From positions 1 to 48,429 of the forward strand of contig NW_021834435.1 in assembly GCF_006345805.1 (NCBI RefSeq): a DNA stretch of 48,429 nucleotides. The letters run 5' to 3'. This DNA comes from Octopus sinensis (taxonomy: Eukaryota). A program made the position numbers and the translations under genes. Below, piece after piece: positions 36,299 through 48,299 of this stretch (position 1 is the stretch's first letter; every line of letters starts with the position of its first letter). Below the pieces are notes generated by a model. The model was not told the origin of the DNA and did no database searches. It saw only the letters and a program-made list of their open reading frames with translations.

Positions 36299-36851
36299 AT
36301 GTGTATATGTGTATGTATATGTATATATGTGTGTATATATATGTATGTATGTATTTGTATGTAGGTGTATATGTATGTGTGTATATATATTTGGTGTATA
36401 TGTATAGACTAGTCTTCTAAGATTGTAGACATGAATCTGTAGGTACGCGTATGTATGTGTATATACGTGTATGTATGTAGATGTATGTATGTATTGAATA
36501 TAACGCGTGCGTGCGTGTATGTGTGGATGTACGAATGAGAGTGTGTGTGCGTGCTAATGAGTGTGTGTGCGTGCTAATGAGTTGTCGCGTGAGTGAGTGC
36601 TTGTGCTCAAGTAGAAACATAAAAGGGACTAGCCAAGATGTTTGTTAACCAGCGGTCAAAGATAACAAAAGTAATATGAAGATAATAAAATTAAAATTAG
36701 GGAATGGGTTTGTAATTGTATGTATATATGTGTGTATGTGTAGGTATGAATAGGTACACATATGTATGTATGATCTGTATATATATGTATGTGTGTGTGT
36801 GTGTATACATACATATATGTGTATGAATGGGTACACATATGTATGTATATA

Positions 36852-36903
<52 letters not shown>

Positions 36904-37477
36904 TGTGTGTGTGTGTTGCATACATATATGTGTGTATATGTATATATGAGTATATTAGGGACTTGTGTGTTGTGTGTGCATGTGTGTATGTGGATATGTG
37001 TGTGTATGTGAGTATGTGTATGTGTGTGTATGTATAATATTTTTTGTGTGTATGTGTATGGTGGTCGTGTGTGTGTATATATACATGTGTGTGTTTATAT
37101 GTATATGTGTATGTATGTATATGTATGTATATATATATATGTGTATATATATATGTAGATATATTATGTATATGTGTGTGTGGTGTATATATATATATAT
37201 ATATATATATATGGGTGTGGGTGTGATGTATGTGTGTGTATATGTGTTGTGCGTTGAGAATTTCCTTATTTACCTAAAACTCTATTCTTCTATATAATTT
37301 TATATTTCTTTATTCTTTTTTATTCTTTTATTTATTCTTCTATCTAATTACCACTGACTCCTTGACCACTCCCCCAAGTATGATTTTTTTGCGCTATGCC
37401 TACCCCCAAAAAGTCCCCCACCACCACCCCTATAAACCTGCCTAAATGTATAAATGCCAATACAATTCTTGTTAACT

Positions 37478-37528
37478 AGCTTCCTGAAGATTTCTCTTGA
37501 ATGAAACAGTTCTAGTCCTGTAGAAGCT
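37478..37528 (+). ncRNA. Type I hammerhead ribozyme
   Basis: AGCTTC-CTGAAGA-T-TTC(TCTT)GAA-T-GAA-ACAG(TTCTAGTC)CTGT-A-GAAGCT; predicted GUA cleavage after 37522. Confidence 0.78.
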
Positions 37529-37610
37529 CCTTCTATATAATAAATTAATTTTACTCTGCTATGTTTTGAGTACCTTATTTACTGTGGTTAACCCGAATCA
37601 ACCCGGGACC

Positions 37611-37659
<49 letters not shown>

Positions 37660-37686
37660 ATATATATATATATATATACATATATA

Positions 37687-37717
<31 letters not shown>

Positions 37718-37740
37718 TATATATATATATATATATATAT

Positions 37741-38122
37741 AAATTAACAGAATGAGATAAAAATGCAAAGCTGTGAAATATTCAGAACATTATAAAGAGA
37801 AGGCCTTACAGCTGTTTCTGGGATATTTTATATATCCCTTCATCAGAGACGGTGCGAGAGAAGGGTTAAGCAATAGTTATTCTAGAGAAGATATGAAATA
37901 GGGAGTGAAGCGGAGGAATGAAAACAGATGTGAGATAAGCAGGGATATTGATATTGTATCTGCAGTTCCATTCACTTCACTCTCTATTTCGTATCTTTTC
38001 TAGAATAACTATTGCTAAGCCATTTTCTCGCACCGTCTCCCAGAAACAGCTGTAAGGCCTTCTCTTTATAAATGTTCTGAAATCTTTCACAGCCTTGGAT
38101 TTTTATCTAATTCTGTTAATTT
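37741..38122. mobile_element. Penelope-like inverted pair (family H)
   Basis: Arms ~37741-37929 and ~37958-38122 in inverted orientation, flanked by (TA)n. Confidence 0.75.
37801..37850 (-). ncRNA. Minimal type I hammerhead with palindromic stem III
   Basis: GTCT-CTGATGA-A-GGGATAT(ATAAA)ATATCCC-A-GAA-ACAGCTGT-A-AGGC. Confidence 0.7.
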
Positions 38123-38295
38123 TTTTATATATATGCATGCTAATATATGACCTATGTTGGACTCCTCATTTGCATAATCACCGAACCTGAAGCCTAACTA
38201 TAGTCTGTCCATTACCTGACACTTTTGGGCCTTCTTGACACCATTACTTCTCATAACCTCATATATATATATATGTGTGTGTGTGTGTGTCTGTA

Positions 38296-38350
<55 letters not shown>

Positions 38351-38353
<3 letters not shown>

Positions 38354-38642
38354 TGTGACTGACCAGATATCAGATGTTGCTAGACATCGCTGATCACAAT
38401 GCATTTCGCATTGTTCTAGCCTTCAAATGACGACACCCTGCTGGCTAAGTGAGCAGGCCAACAGAAGAAAGAGTGAGAGAAAGTTGTGGCAAAAGAGTAC
38501 AGCAGGGATCGCCACCACCCCCTGCCAGAGCCTCGTGGAGCTTTAGCTCAATAAACACTAACAATGCCCAGTCTGGGAATCGAAACCGTGATCCTACAAC
38601 TGCGAGTCTGCTGCCCTTACCACTGGACCATTGCGCCTCCAC
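38351..38642 (-). mobile_element. SINE C variant with an alternative 3' tail
   Basis: C head and body to ~38460, then a tail unrelated to the other C copies. Confidence 0.8.
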
Positions 38643-38878
38643 ACACACACACATATATATTAAAATGAGATAGTTTTGGTGAAGCCTTGTGAGGTTTAAC
38701 TTTAAAGAAGTTTGTTGTGTTAGTGACTTATTCACGAATATATCAACACTAGCGCCGCTGAGGGTAATATTTCCTGGGAACGCACAAAATCCCTTTGCAG
38801 AGTTATTTACTTTGAATTGTTATTATCTCATATCTGATTAGCCTGTTATTATGTAACATGCTTCACAATTTTAGTATT

Positions 38879-39302
38879 ACTCTCTTTTACTCTTTTACTT
38901 GTTTCAGTCAGTTGACTGCGGCCATGCTGGAGCACCGCCTTTAGTCGAGCAACTCGACCCCGGGACTTATACTTTGTAAGCCCAGTACTTATTCTATCGA
39001 TCTCTTTTGCCGAACCGCTAAGTGACGAGGACGTAAACACACCAGCATCGGTTGTCAAACAATGCTAGAGGGACAAACACAGACACACAAACATATACAC
39101 ACACACTTATATATATATATATATATATACATATATACGACAAGCTTCTTTCAGTTTCCGTCTACCAAATCCACTTACAAGGCATTGGTCGGCCAGGGGC
39201 TATAGCAGAAGACACTTGCCCAAGTTGCCACGCAGTGGGACTGAACCCGGAACCATGTGGTAGGTTAGCAAGCTACTTACCACACAGCCACTCCTGCGCC
39301 TA
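38879..39302 (-). mobile_element. SINE A, full length
   Basis: Head and tail match. Confidence 0.92.
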
Positions 39303-39569
39303 AAGTATACATACTTTATTAGTATTTCTTCCTATGTTCTATATACTCTGGGAACACATTAAAGCCCTTTCCGGGGCTACTTTATTTGAATTCTTACTAT
39401 TGAGGAACTAATTTCATGGTCTTACATAAGTGTCTTCACAATTTGGGTATTCATAACTTATTGGGAATTCCTAAAAGCAAGATCCCGTGTAAGACAGTTC
39501 GGTATTCTCTGTAAATGCACAAAAACCATTTTAAGGGCTACATACTTTGTATTGTTGCTATTGGATTAG

Positions 39570-40147
39570 TGTGGAGGTGCAATGGCCCAGTGGTTAGGGC
39601 AGCGGACTCGTGGTCATAGGATCGCGGTTTCGATTCCCAGACCGGGCGTTGTGAGTGTTTATTGAACGAAAACACCTAAAGCTCCACGAGGCTCCGGCAG
39701 GGGATGGTGATGATCCCTGCTGTACTCTTTCACCACAACTTTCTCTCACTCTTACTTCCTGTTTCTGTTGTACCTGTGGAGGCGCAATGGACTCGCGGTC
39801 ATAGGATCGCGGTTTCGATTCCCAGACCGGGCGTTTGTGAGTGTTTAGTGAGCGAAAACACCTAAAGCTCCACGAGGCTCCGGCAGGGATGGTGGTGATC
39901 CCTGCTGTACTCTTTCACCACAACTTTCTCTCACTCTACTCTTTCTTCTGTTTCTGTTGTACCTGTATTTCAAAGGGCCGGCTTTGTCACTCTCTGTGTC
40001 ACGCTGAATATCCCCGAGAACTACGTTAAGGGTACACGTGTCTGTGGAGTGCTCAGCCACTTACACGTTAATTTCACGAGCAGGCTGTTCCGTTGATTCG
40101 GATCAACCGGAACCCTCGTCGTCGTAACCGACGGAGTGCTTCTACTA
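39570..40147 (+). mobile_element. SINE C dimer (5' half plus near-full copy)
   Basis: One 12-bp TSD CTATTGGATTAG at 39558-39569 and 40148-40159. Confidence 0.88.
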
Positions 40148-41880
40148 CTATTGGATTAGGGAAACGATTATGAGAACGGAACCAAGGGATAATCCCTGCT
40201 TTCCCAGTAATTACTTGGTACGTCAGCTGTTAAGGAGGGTAGTAGCAAGAGTTGCCCCAAGACTGGAAGAAACATCACCCCTGATCAATTCTGTGGCATA
40301 TCTGGAGGTTTTCAAAAAGCTGTAAGCTTCACTTGGGTGCCTCCTTGGCTTGAACTCATCGTCATTAGATGACTGAAGTAAAAACAAAAACAGTTACTGA
40401 AGTGAAAATTGGGGGAGAAAGTGGGGAACAGGAGACAAAAAGCAGAGATAAATTAGATTTAAAATGGATTCAAAGGTAGGGAAAAAATATTACCTCTTTT
40501 GATTCTCACAAGGTGAACCCCAAGGAAATATCTTGTGAGGATGTGGAGGGCAAGTGTGGCCAAGTCCACTTCCTGCTGCTGCTGTTGTTGTTGCTAAGCA
40601 ACAAGATGGGTAAGGGTGATTAGGAGATGGTTTAGGGCTTAGGTGCGAGTGACACCAAACCTTGGGAAAAAAAAAACTTTGGTCGTCTTGTAGTCGAGGG
40701 CTCTTAGTTAATGCCCGACACCACTGGGAGGTAGCCCTTAAAGTCGCTGGAAATGGAGATCTCCAGGTCCAAATTCTTGAACAGCTGCTGTTGTAGTTGT
40801 CTTCTTCTTCTTCTTTCAATCAGGACTCATGCCCTCAGCTACAAAGAATAATCTCTAATTTGAGCCTACTCTAAGCTATTAAGAATGCGTGTGGCAACTA
40901 GAAAATCCACCCACCACATGCGATAGACTGGCGGTTGCACAGGCGCAAAAGCTACATTGTTATCCTCATTCCGTAAACTGTGGCTTTTAATGGGTGGAGA
41001 GCTGAACCATCCTGGGGTACATAGGATTTGCAATCTAGACTAGGGTCTGAAAGTTTACCACACCATAGTGGGTTACACTATGGTTCCTCTGCTTTGTGGC
41101 AGAAGTAGGAAGAAAGAGTGAAAGAAAGTTGTGGTGAAAGAGTATGGCGGGGTTCCACAGACCTGAGCCGGAGAGAGCCCTTGGGTCCTATTTTGGCCCA
41201 CTAATCTCTTAAGTATTCCCTCTCCTCTACTGGAACCTGAAATCTTAAAGTATATTCAACAGTAGATTTAAAATAAGAGATAAAATCATTAAAAAATTAA
41301 TGAGAGGATGTTTAAAAAGACTCCACATTAATTGCGAATTAGCTAATTTCAAGATGAAAAATATATGAACAAGTGTTTATACCTTCCCATAACAAAGCGA
41401 GTTTGCACGTCTGTACACAAACACTTGCAAGTATAAATGGTTAGAGCAGCGGACTAGCGGTCGAGGGATTGCGGGTTCGAATCTCAGTTATTTTCAGTTA
41501 TCCAGCCATCAAAAAAATGCTATGAAAACGACTGTTAAAACGAAGGGAAATTACTAATTAGTCCTTAGTCGAAAGACACCTGTTGTTATGTCCTGTTATT
41601 TGTATTTGTGTAACATTCCCCGTTTTTTTCTTCATCCTTGTTTTCAAATACATTTGCTGTTTTCTTCCAAGGAATCTAGTACTCTTAGCTTTGTTTTTCC
41701 TTGGGGCTGGCCAGATTGGAGCAATCTCAAGTATAACCGGCCAAAATTGCGAAGATAATCTGGAACTTGACTGAGGAAAGAAAACTCTGAATGACACGCC
41801 CTTGTTTTCTTTGCATGATCTATCTGGATGATTTGTGTTCTCGTCCCATTTTGTATTTATATATATATATATATACATAC

Positions 41881-42171
41881 ATAATTTACAAGATAAGGGC
41901 AAAAGAAAAATTCTAATGCCAAATATGCTGAAAAAAAGACAAAAATTGTCAATAACCATTATAATTTATGCGTCTCGAAAAAAACCGACACAAATTTCTA
42001 AAAAAATCCATTATTACCGTATTGGACCAATACGGTAATAACAGATTTTTTAGAAATTTCTATCGGTTTTTTTTTCGAGACGCATAAATTATAATGGTTA
42101 TTGACAATTTCTATCTTTTTTCGGCATATTTGGCATTAGAATTTTTCTTTTGCCCTTATCTTGTAAATTAT
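41881..42171. repeat. 291-bp near-perfect palindrome (foldback element)
   Basis: 145-bp arms around a single A at 42026. Confidence 0.92.
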
Positions 42172-42373
42172 TTATAAATTTAACCTTTGAAGGTATTCTT
42201 CGATATGCTGGCCATTGATAAAATTTTTTTCTGGAAAAAAATTTTATCCTACATTAGTTATATATACATACATATATATATACATACATATTTCAAAATG
42301 TAACCACATGTGGATTTTTGGCGATTTTTCCTCCATCTCCCTTTTCTCTCGGACTTTCCTCCATCTCCTGTTC

Positions 42374-42399
42374 CTGATGAAGAGCTCTGCTCTAAACAT
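42374..42399 (+). ncRNA. Degenerate minimal hammerhead relic
   Basis: CTGATGA-A-GAGC(TCT)GCTC-TAAACAT; the GAAA core reads TAAA. Confidence 0.45.
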
Positions 42400-42499
42400 A
42401 AAGCACTTTTTCTTTCCTTCCCTGAGTGTCTTTTAATACTTTGCATGTACCACGTCCACACATTGTTGTTTATTTCTTGTGTTAGTTCTTTGTTTTTTT

Positions 42500-42767
42500 A
42501 TTATTTAATATATATATATATATGAATATGTAAGCATAGGTATATATACGAATATGTATGCATGTGTATATGTGTATTTATGCATGCATGCGTGTATAAT
42601 ACGTACCGAGAGAAAAGAATCGGTATAGGTGTGTCATATGTACATATTTCAATGGAACAGGTGGTAATGTAAATATTTATTCTCGCTTTGCTTGGTTAAT
42701 ATAAACCTACTCAAATTCTATATCTATACATATGCATACATATATTCACACACACACACATATATAA

Positions 42768-42800
<33 letters not shown>

Positions 42801-43262
42801 CACACATGCATATACACACATCTATATATATATATATATACATATATATGTATATGTGTGTGTGTATGTGTGTGTAAATATCTATAGATATGCATGCATA
42901 TATAAATATGTACACATATGCATATATATATACATATGCATATGCATGTATATATGAGTGTGTGTGTGTATATGTGTGTATAATATCTACATATGCATAT
43001 GTATATATGTGTGTGTGTGTGTCTATATCTATATATATGTGCATATATATATATGTATATATATATTATATATATATTATATATATATATATATCTATAT
43101 ATATATATATTACATATACATATATATATATATACTCATAATATGCATATATATACATATATATATATATAATATATATATATGTATATATAATATATAT
43201 ACATATATATATATAAATATGCATATATATGCATTATTATATATATATATATATAATATATA

Positions 43263-43296
<34 letters not shown>

Positions 43297-43535
43297 ATAC
43301 ATATATGAAACACGCAAAGGAATACTGGAAGCAACATGGCTGACCGCAAAACATTCGTGTTTGGTTTTTCTCGTCATTGTCGCTGATGCGTAAACAACGC
43401 GTTTGCCCATGCGTTTAATATTAAACGGCTGCTTCAGAGACAATATATCGAGAGTCGGGGGGGGGGGTTGCATTTAATAACTCGTTTGATACCTAGCTAT
43501 TACATCTTTACGACTGTTAACTGCAAGTATATATA

Positions 43536-43608
<73 letters not shown>

Positions 43609-43997
43609 GTGTGCGTGTGTAAATATATATGTGTGCGTGTGTAAATATATATGTGTGCGTGTGTAAATATGTGTGTGTGTGTGTGTGTGTGTGTGTATGG
43701 ATGGATGCATATGTGTATACATACACACGTGTGTATACATACACGTACATGTATGGATGTATGTATGTATGCAGAAGTTTGTAGCTTCAAAACAATTAGC
43801 TTGTTTGTCCGTGTAAACTTTTACACGGCACACATGCGTGCACACACAAACATATGTATATATATATATATATTTAGATAGATGGATGGAGAGATAGGTA
43901 GGTAGGTAGATAGGTAGGTAGGTAGGTAGGTAGGTAGGTAGGTAGGTAGGTAGGTAGGTAGGTAGGTAGGTAGGTAGGTAGGTAGATAGATAGATAA

Positions 43998-44050
<53 letters not shown>

Positions 44051-44102
44051 CAGATAGATAGATGGATAAATAGATGGATAGATAGATAGATAGATAGATA
44101 GG

Positions 44103-44144
<42 letters not shown>

Positions 44145-44347
44145 GATAGATAGATAGATAGATGATAGATAGATAGACAGATAGATAGATAAATAGATAG
44201 GTAGATAGATAAATAGATAGGTAGATAGATTAATGGCTTGAGAGATTTAGTGTACAAATATCAATTGATATATGCCTCTATAATTTCATATACAGTATTG
44301 TGTAATTGCCTTTGTGTGTGTGTATATATATATGCACACATACATAT

Positions 44348-44380
<33 letters not shown>

Positions 44381-44487
44381 GATGACAAATATACATATAT
44401 ATATAGATATATAGACAAATTTACACACATATATATGTGTGGTGTGTGTGTGTTGTGGGTGTGTGTGTGTGTGTGTGCATGTGTTTG

Positions 44488-44552
<65 letters not shown>

Positions 44553-44650
44553 GTATGGGTCAATTTCGTTGACGAAAGGGAAGCTCCCGCATGGCTGCAG
44601 TCAAATATTGAAAGGATAAAGAATATATATATATATATATATATATATCA
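42500..44650. repeat. Large microsatellite field: (TA)n, (TG)n, (TAGG)n and (TAGA)n at 43890-44240
   Basis: Direct reading; unique island at ~43310-43520. Confidence 0.9.
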
Positions 44651-45124
44651 CATACACATCTATGCATACATGCATCTATATGCGCATGGGTAAGTGCAAT
44701 CATGCCTATCTATCTCTCTCATTCTCAGTCTGGCTGTCTGTGTGTCTATATGTATGTCTATGTGTTCCTTGTTTAAACATTGACTGTATTTCTTTAGCCT
44801 CAATATCGGCCACTTCAGAGATAAAAATTTCCACTTATTGAAGCGTGCAAAACAGTGGCCAAGATATTGAGCGGAAACATTCGGAAAGGGTGGATGGAGG
44901 GGGAGAGGGGGAGAGGGACGTGGTGGGAGGGAGGCAGGCTGTAGAGACGGAGGGGTGTCTGTTTTTTTGGGAGGGAATGACAGATGATGTGATATGGATA
45001 TTGAAAGTAGTCAATAAGTTGAAGTTGTATGGGGAAAATAGTCTCTCTACGCTGTTGCTTTATAACAATAATAATGTGATGATGATAATGATGATGATGA
45101 TGTTGATTCCAACATATATATATA

Positions 45125-45740
45125 CTAGCAGTATCGCCCGGCGTTGCTCGGGTTTGTAAGGGAATTAACTATATAAGCATTTTTAGAGAGTTATAGCCAA
45201 AAAATAACAAAAACATGCATTAAAAATGAGGAAAAAATGATGATAAATTTTTTTTAAATCGTTGACTCATCGTAGACATTTTTAGAGAGTTACTTCCCTT
45301 ATATAATATCGAAAAATATACATTAAAATGGAAAAAAATGACGGTAAATTTTTTTTTAAATCGTTGACTCATCGTAGACATTTTTAGAGAGTTACTTCCC
45401 TTATATAATAGCGAAAAAATGCATTAAAAATGGGAAAAAATTATGGTAAATTTTTTTTTAAATCGTAGACTCATCGTAGACTCATCGTAGACATTTTTAG
45501 AGAGTTACTTCCTTTATATAATATCGAAAAAAATGCATTAAAATAGAAAAAAATGATGGTAAATTTATTTTTAAATCGTGAGACTCATCGTAGACGCGCG
45601 CTAATACCCAGAAGGGTCGATATGAATCACGACTATAAGATACCCGGTTTTGGTTAAACTGCACGCAAAATGTGGGAGAGTAGTTAGGAATCTAAATCAT
45701 AGGAGACAGACAGCACAAACCTCTCTTTTATATATAAAGA
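45125..45740 (-). mobile_element. Non-autonomous Helitron with four ~100-bp internal units
   Basis: CTAG and hairpin at the 45125 end, GA (TC on minus) at 45740. Confidence 0.85.
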
Positions 45741-46236
45741 CTAGCAGAATTGCCCGGCGTTGCTCAGGTTGTAAGGGAAATAACTATATAAGCATTTTTT
45801 TAGAGAGTTATAGCCAAAAAAAATAGCAAAAAAATGCATTAAAAATGGGAAAAAATTATGGTAAACTTTTTTTTAAATCGTTGACTCATCGTAGACATTT
45901 TTAGAGAGTTACTTCCTTATATAATAGCGAAAAAATGCAATTAAAATGGAAAAAAATGATGGTATAAATTTTTTTTTTTAATCGTAGACACATCGTAGAC
46001 ATTTTTAGAGAGTTACTTCCCTTTGATAATAGACAAAAAATGAATTAAAATAGAAAAAATGATGGTAAATTTTTTTTCAAATCGTAGATCATCGTGACGA
46101 GTGCAATACCAGAAGGGCTCAATATGAATCACGACTAAGATACCCGCTTTGGTGGAAACTGCACCGCAAAATGTGGGAGTAGTTAGGAATCTAAATCGTA
46201 GGAGACAGACACACAACTTACTTTTATATATAAAGA
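45741..46236 (-). mobile_element. Non-autonomous Helitron with three internal units, fused head-to-tail to the previous copy
   Basis: Junction TATAAAGA|CTAGCAG with no spacer. Confidence 0.85.
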
Positions 46237-46276
46237 TATATATATGTGTGGTGGGTAAATATATATGTACAGATAC

Positions 46277-46321
<45 letters not shown>

Positions 46322-46442
46322 AAGGTATGTACATATACATATGTACTCATATTTATACATATTTATGTATTTACACAAACACATACATAAATATATATAA
46401 ATTTATATTTGTATGTATATATATATATATATATACAATATA

Positions 46443-46804
46443 TCTCTCTATATATAAACGGCAGTTTGTCTGTGCGTTTTCTGTGGTCTGTTTTTCGTAC
46501 CCTCACTCTGACCCGGTTTCAACCGATTCTGATGAAAACTTGACACACACATAGCCCAATGTCATAATTCAAAACTAACGCAGCGAAAATTTTGAAAAGT
46601 TCCCCAGTTCTGAAAAAAATCGATAAATTCGACATGGGGTCGAGAATCAGAACCCAAACCACAGACCGTCTAGGGGACGCAACTCCACTTTTCTAACTCT
46701 GAAAAAATTTACCATCATTTTTTTTCTATTTTTTGGCTAACTCTCTAAAAATGCTTTATAGTTATTTCCCTTACAACCTGAGCAACGCCGGGCGATACTG
46801 CTAG
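46443..46804 (+). mobile_element. Helitron with the same 3' end but a different 5' body
   Basis: A|TCTCTCTATATATAAACGG... to ...GAGCAACGCCGGGCGATACTGCTAG|T. Confidence 0.8.
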
Positions 46805-46862
<58 letters not shown>

Positions 46863-46869
46863 AACACAC

Positions 46870-48023
46870 CGGATTGTTGGAGACAAAGTGATGCCATCCT
46901 TCGTGATATGATTATGGAGAACCCACTTCTCATCACTAGTGAAAATTCTACCTGGAAAAAGTTCGTTAGCAAGTCTACTCTTCTATGATGAGAAGTCAAC
47001 TCTTTAATTAAACAAACTGAGAAGCGGGCATATAATGAGGGACCCACTAACCAATTTTACACACTCGATCCCAGAACGTTCCGCTGTGCTTGAGGAGACC
47101 TGTTGAGTCAAGTACATGAACATGAACATGAACATCAAAATAAATATCAATGGAAACAGTAGTTGTGATACCTTTGCCGGTGGCACATAAAAAGCACCAT
47201 CCGTACGTGGCCGTTGCCAGCTCCGCCTCGACTGGCTCCAGTGCCAGTAGCACATAAAAAAAAGCACCATCCGTTCGTGGCCATTGCCAGCCCCGCCTTG
47301 GCTGGTTCGTGCTCGGTGGCACAAAAAAGCACCATCCGTAGTGGCCATTGCCAGCCCCGCCTGGCTGGCTTTCGTGCTGGTGGCACATAAAAAGCACCAT
47401 CCGTCGTGGCCATTGCCAGCCCCGCCTGGCTGCTTTCGTGCTGGTGGCACATTAAAAAGCACCATCCGTTCGTGGCCATTGCCAGCCCCGCCTTGGCTGG
47501 CTTTCGTGCTGGTGGCACATAAAAAGCACCATCCGTTCGTGGCCATTGCCAGCCCCGCCTTGGCTGGCTTTCGTGCTGGTGGCACATAAAAAGCACCATC
47601 CGTTCGTGGCCATTGCCAGCCCCGCCTTGGCTGGCTTTCGTGCTGGTGGCACATAAAAAGCACCATCCGTTCGTGGCCATTGCCAGCCCCGCCTCGACTG
47701 GCTTTCGTGCTGGTGGCACATAAAAAGCACCATCCGTTCGTGGCCGTTGCCAGCGCCGCCTTGGCTGGCTTCCGTGCCGGTGGCACGTTAAAAGCTCCAA
47801 CCAATCGTGGCCAATGCCAGACCCCCCTGGCACCTGTGCAGGTGGCACGTAAAAAGCACCCACTACACTCACGGAGTGGTTGGCGTTAGGAAGGGCATCC
47901 AGCTGTAGAAACTCTGCCAGATCAGACTGGAGCCTGGTGCAGCCCTTGGCTTCCCAGACCCCGGTCGAACCGTCCAACCCGTGCTAGCGCGGAAAACGGA
48001 CGTTAAACGATGATGATGATGAT
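46870..48023 (+). mobile_element. Longest family D copy: decayed ORF tail, 3' UTR with 67-bp tandem array, (GAT)n tail
   Basis: Stop-containing reading frame ending TGA at 47091-47093, nine canonical units plus one variant, D terminus. Confidence 0.8.
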
Positions 48024-48299
48024 ATGTGTTTGTGAAGGTGTTTTATGATTGAAGTATGACTTGAACTTGACTCTTCACAAACTCTTCTGCAGTTTTCTTT
48101 GGATTTTCCTCAACTAGTTTTCAGAACTTTGTCATTCAGGTTGAGAGCAATCTGTGATAGAAAACACATACACAAACACACATCTATGTACACACATATA
48201 CATATATAGTAATAAACATGAAATGAATGGATAATCTAGATATTCCTACATATGTTTCGCTAGCAAATTTATTAATAATACATTATACCATACATTTTG

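Larger units (their letters stand above)
35492..37614. mobile_element. Penelope-like pseudo-LTR cluster (family G): two minus-strand units and one inverted plus-strand unit
   Basis: Arms ~35879-36175 and ~37250-37545 nearly identical in inverted orientation; outer ends 35492 and 37614 also match; each unit carries a hammerhead. Confidence 0.75.

Noticed and set aside
41672-41774. Possible terminal exon NLVLLALFFLGAGQIGAISSITGQNCEDNLELD*
   Set aside because: Good acceptor but requires phase 2, which does not fit the phase-1 chain; no further support.
45660-46240. Small indels as evidence of element decay
   Set aside because: Clustered 1-bp homopolymer indels (also ~10470-10560 and ~47280-47460) may be consensus errors; the same caution applies to the frameshift calls.
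47179-47860. CRISPR-like array
   Set aside because: No unique spacers, eukaryotic context, no cas genes.
47004-47977. 266-aa and 276-aa minus-strand ORFs
   Set aside because: Produced by a stop-free 67-bp tandem unit cycling through frames.
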